From contig CAXXLQ010000004.1 of assembly GCA_963668695.2 (NCBI GenBank), positions 608,001 through 672,000 on the forward strand: 64,000 nt of DNA. Direction: 5' to 3'. The notes below the pieces were generated by a model. It was given only the letters and a program-made list of their open reading frames with translations, did no database searches and was not told the DNA's origin. Source of the DNA: Vicinamibacteria bacterium (GTDB taxonomy: Bacteria; Acidobacteriota; Vicinamibacteria; Marinacidobacterales; Marinacidobacteraceae). This document shows positions 60,664-64,000 of this stretch, one piece after another (the stretch's first letter is position 1; each line of letters opens with the position of its first letter). The position numbers and the translations under genes are program-made.

Positions 60664-62730
60664 ATGCGCGACTATCAGACCGCCGAACTTCGCACTCTCG
60701 CCGTGGCCGGACATGGAACGTCCGGCAAGACAACGCTCGTCTCGGCGCTCCTCTACGCCGCCAGCGCGGTAACCCGCCTCGCCCGTGTCGAAGATGGGAA
60801 CACGACGACCGACTTTGACGAGGACGAGATCGAACGCGGCATCAGCCTGAGTGCGGCGCCAACCCATTTCGACTGGGGCGGCACCAAAATTAATCTGCTG
60901 GACACGCCGGGTTACAGCAACTTCCTCACCGAGGCGAAACTGGCCATGCCCGTCGTCGACACCGCCCTCATTTCGGTGTGCGCGGTGGATGGAGTGGGCG
61001 TCAACACGGAACGGGTCTGGGGTTTCGCGGAGGAAAACCGCGCGGCGGCCATCTTTGCCATCAACCGCATGGATCGCGACCGAGCGTCGTTCGAGCGCAC
61101 CCTGAGCGCGATCCAGGAGTCCTTCGGGCGCACCGCCATCCCTGTCCAGTTGCCCATCGGAAACGAGGCCGGCTTTTCGGGAGTCGTGGACCTCATCGCG
61201 TTAAAGGCAATCACGGGTCCCGGGCCGGACGGGAAGGGAGCGAAGACCGGCGACGTACCAGCCGAGCTGATGGAGCAGGTTGAGACGGCTCGCAACGAAC
61301 TCATGGAACTGATCGCCGAATCGGACGAGGAACTCCTGGACCAGTTCTTTTCGGAGGGAGAGTTGACGCCGGAGCAAATGATCCGGGGCCTGCGAACGGC
61401 AGTGGCCGCCCGTTTGATCTTCCCGGTGACAGTGGTATCGGGGGCCCAAAACCTGGGAACCACGGCGCTCCTCGATTTGATCGTTGCGGCCACTCCCGAC
61501 CCCGCCGGGCGGGGACCAGCCCGTGGAGTGAGCGGGGATGGCGAGCCGGTGGAACGCGACGTTGACGGCTCCGCACCCGCCAGCGTCTACGTGTTCAAGA
61601 CCATCGCCGACCCCTTCGCGGGGCGGCTCAGCCTGTTCCGGGTCATGACCGGAACCCTGGGTCCCGACACCCAACTCAGGAACCTGACGACCGGCGGCGC
61701 GGGGCGGACTGGCGGCTTGAACGTCGTGAACGGGAAGGCCTTGGATCCGGTGTCGAAGCTGTCGGCAGGCGATCTCGGCTGTTTCGCCAAGCTGCGGGAA
61801 ACATTCACCGGGGACACGCTGGCCTCGGACGATGGGATCCGCTTCGTGCGCCCCGAGGCGCCCCATCCGGTCATCAGCTTCGCAATCGAACCCAAGTCCC
61901 GGGGAGATGAGGAAAAGATCTCTCAGGCGCTCCAGCGGCTTCGCGAGGAGGATCTGACACTGAGATTCGACCGCGACCAGGAACTGCTCCTCTCGGGTAC
62001 CGGGCAGCTCCACATCGAGGTGGTGGTATCCCGGCTGAAGCGAAAGTTCGGAGTCGAAGTCGAGTTGAAGCCTCCGCGGGTGCCGTATCGCGAGACGATC
62101 GCCGTAACCGCCGAGGCCCACGGGCGTCACAAGAAGCAGACCGGTGGTCATGGCCAGTTCGCCGACTGCCGCGTGCGCGTCGAGCCGATCGAACGAGGCA
62201 AGGACTTCGAGTTCGTGAGCAAGATCGTCGGCGGCGCCATCCCGCGCCAGTTCATCTCGGCCATCGAGAAGGGATTTCAAGACGCCCGACAAAAGGGGTA
62301 TCTGGCGGGTTACCCCGTCGTGGACTTCCGGGCAACGGTGTTCGACGGCAAGTTCCACGCCGTCGATTCGTCAGAGATCGCGTTCAGGATCGCGGCGTCC
62401 CTCGCGTTCAAGGACGCCATGGCCAAGTGCCGGCCGACGCTCCTGGAGCCGATCATGTCCGTCGTGATCACCGTTCCCGACGACAACACCGGGGACGTTC
62501 TCGGCGATCTGAACGCCCGCCGGGGCCGGACGCAGGGCATGGACCGGAAGGGCTCGCAAACCGCGATCACGGCACAGGTCCCTATGGCCGAAATGCTCAC
62601 TTACGAGCCGACCCTGACCTCCCTGACCGGGGGACGGGGGGGCTTCCAAATGGAATTCTCCCATTACGACCCCGTCCCCTCGAATCTGGCGAAGTCGTTG
62701 ATCGACGCCTACCAGACGCGTAACGACTGA
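60664..62730 (+). CDS. Elongation factor G paralog (EF-G2-like)
   Basis: 'GHGTSGKTT', 'ERGIS', 'DTPG', 'NRMD', 'KKQTGGHGQF', 'H.VDSSE.AF'; non-canonical G1 motif. Confidence 0.9.
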   Translation: MRDYQTAELRTLAVAGHGTSGKTTLVSALLYAASAVTRLARVEDGNTTTDFDEDEIERGISLSAAPTHFDWGGTKINLLDTPGYSNFLTEAKLAMPVVDTALISVCAVDGVGVNTERVWGFAEENRAAAIFAINRMDRDRASFERTLSAIQESFGRTAIPVQLPIGNEAGFSGVVDLIALKAITGPGPDGKGAKTGDVPAELMEQVETARNELMELIAESDEELLDQFFSEGELTPEQMIRGLRTAVAARLIFPVTVVSGAQNLGTTALLDLIVAATPDPAGRGPARGVSGDGEPVERDVDGSAPASVYVFKTIADPFAGRLSLFRVMTGTLGPDTQLRNLTTGGAGRTGGLNVVNGKALDPVSKLSAGDLGCFAKLRETFTGDTLASDDGIRFVRPEAPHPVISFAIEPKSRGDEEKISQALQRLREEDLTLRFDRDQELLLSGTGQLHIEVVVSRLKRKFGVEVELKPPRVPYRETIAVTAEAHGRHKKQTGGHGQFADCRVRVEPIERGKDFEFVSKIVGGAIPRQFISAIEKGFQDARQKGYLAGYPVVDFRATVFDGKFHAVDSSEIAFRIAASLAFKDAMAKCRPTLLEPIMSVVITVPDDNTGDVLGDLNARRGRTQGMDRKGSQTAITAQVPMAEMLTYEPTLTSLTGGRGGFQMEFSHYDPVPSNLAKSLIDAYQTRND

Positions 62731-62927
62731 TCCCCTCGGGGACGCGCGTCCGGTCCGGCGCGCTGATCCGCGGCTGCCGTAATGCGCTCCGCGGGAGGGC
62801 ACTTCCGCGCATCTCGTCGGCCTCGGAGGTCGTTGCTCCCGCTTCCCGATCCCGGCTCAGGGATCGCGGCGGGAGGCGCGCATGCTTCCCGGAACCACCC
62901 CCGTGGTACCGGGGGGCGGGGTGTTTA

Positions 62928-63462
62928 GCAGCCCCTGGACAAAGTCATGCGGCCCAGTTCCCCCGCTGGGGGCCTCGCCGCTCACACCCCCGGTTCCACA
63001 GGCTCCTAGCAGCCTGTGGCAAAACCCACGCGGCGTTCGACGGGCGATGCATCCCGCCCAAACAGCCGGTGATGAAACCCACGCGGCCCAGTTCTCCCGG
63101 TGGGGGCTCGGCCAGCGATCCATCCCGTCTGAACCGCGTCGCTTCGCGCCGCTCATCGTTGCGTTTCGGTCGGAATACACTCGGGCCAGTTCTCCCGGTG
63201 GGGGCTCCTCCCTCACGCGCCTTGTCAGTCGGGCGCCTCCCCGGCCTCGGCGCTCACGTGGGTTCCACCACCGGCTGTTCACCGCCCCGCTTCGCGGGGC
63301 TCTGCGTTGCGCTTCGGTCGAAATACACCCGGGCCAGTTCTCCCGGTGGGGGCTCCTCCCTCGCGCGCCTTGTCAGCCGGGCCCCCACCGGGAGGACTGG
63401 CCCCACCGGGAGAACTGGGCCTCGCCCGTCTCGGCGCTCACGCAGGTTTCACCACAGGCTCC
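62928..63462. mobile_element. Family A cluster: minimal copy 62928-63006 plus nested pair (outer 63009-63462, inner 63062-63278)
   Basis: Shared TA at 63007-63008; nesting junctions mirror those at 3379-4159. Confidence 0.8.
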
Positions 63463-63815
63463 TAGTCGACGAACTCGATGCGCGCCATCGGGGCCCCATC
63501 GCCCTGGCGGGGACCGAGCTTGAGGATCCGCGTGTAGCCGCCGGGGCGCTCGAGGAAACGCGGCGCCACATCGCTGAAGAGATGACGGACTATCTGTTTT
63601 CGCGGCAGAATCTGGAGCGCGCGGCGGCGCGCCGCCAGATCGGACCGACGCCCCAAGGTGACGAGGCGCTCGACGAACGGCCGTACCTCCTTCGCCTTGG
63701 CTAGCGTCGTCCGCAGGTGCCCGTGTTCAATCAGAGTGGCAGCCAGATTCCTCAGCAGGGCTCGCCGGTGCGACGGCCGGCGGCCAAGCTTGCGGTGCGC
63801 GATCTGGTGACGCAT
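63462..63815 (-). CDS. rplQ: 50S ribosomal protein L17
   Basis: 'MRH...RKLGR..SHR.ALLRNL', 'TT.AKAKE', 'RPGGYTRI', 'R.GDGAPM'. Confidence 0.97.
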   Translation of the reverse strand: MRHQIAHRKLGRRPSHRRALLRNLAATLIEHGHLRTTLAKAKEVRPFVERLVTLGRRSDLAARRRALQILPRKQIVRHLFSDVAPRFLERPGGYTRILKLGPRQGDGAPMARIEFVD

Positions 63816-63816
63816 A

Positions 63817-63999
63817 TCAACTTTGTCCCATCCCGAGCTTCAGACCGAGACCCTCGAGAATCCGCTCCACTTCTTCGATGCTCTTCCGTCCGATGTTCCG
63901 CTCGCGAAGCAACTCCTGTTCGCTCTTGACCACCAGATCGCCGATTGTCGCAATGTCGGCGTTTCGCAGTCCGTTATACGCACGCACCGAAAGCTGGTC
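63817..63999 (-). CDS. rpoA: RNA polymerase alpha subunit, C-terminal part (truncated by the window)
   Basis: Translated by hand: 'LSVRAYNGLRNADIATIGDLVVKSEQELLRERNIGRKSIEEV..LGLKLGM'; directly precedes rplQ. Confidence 0.93.
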   Translation of the reverse strand, partial: DQLSVRAYNGLRNADIATIGDLVVKSEQELLRERNIGRKSIEEVERILEGLGLKLGMGQS

Positions 64000-64000
64000 G

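Noticed and set aside
60664-62730. Calling this gene canonical fusA
   Set aside because: The G1 motif is GHGTSGKTT rather than AHIDAGKTT, and it is outside the str operon; an ordinary EF-G paralog.

Overview
A 64-kb window of a high-GC bacterial chromosome. Gene content suggests a diderm such as an Acidobacteriota-like organism (inference only). Housekeeping and metabolic genes include uvrA, uvrC-trpS-scpA-scpB-(rluB::cmk fusion), katG, glcDEF, dtd, tenA, an EF-G paralog, rplQ and the 3' end of rpoA, plus transporters and peptidases. Accessory content includes two HipBA-like and one ParDE-like toxin-antitoxin modules, an IS481 and an IS630. The most striking content is a layered system of non-coding repeats. 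(1) A MITE-like family with RCAGCC...GGCTGY termini, mostly flanked by TA, occurs at about 15 loci (about 4.3 kb). It fills operon junctions, nests inside itself at one fixed internal site, and sits in frame inside one signal peptide. (2) An 18-bp non-palindromic unit, CCCCACCGGGAGAACTGG, occurs roughly 55-60 times by manual count. It is present or absent at several positions of that MITE and of an unrelated REP-like family, with no consistent target duplication. (3) Both IS elements have inserted into repeats. All family assignments come from motifs recognised by eye; no database searches were run.
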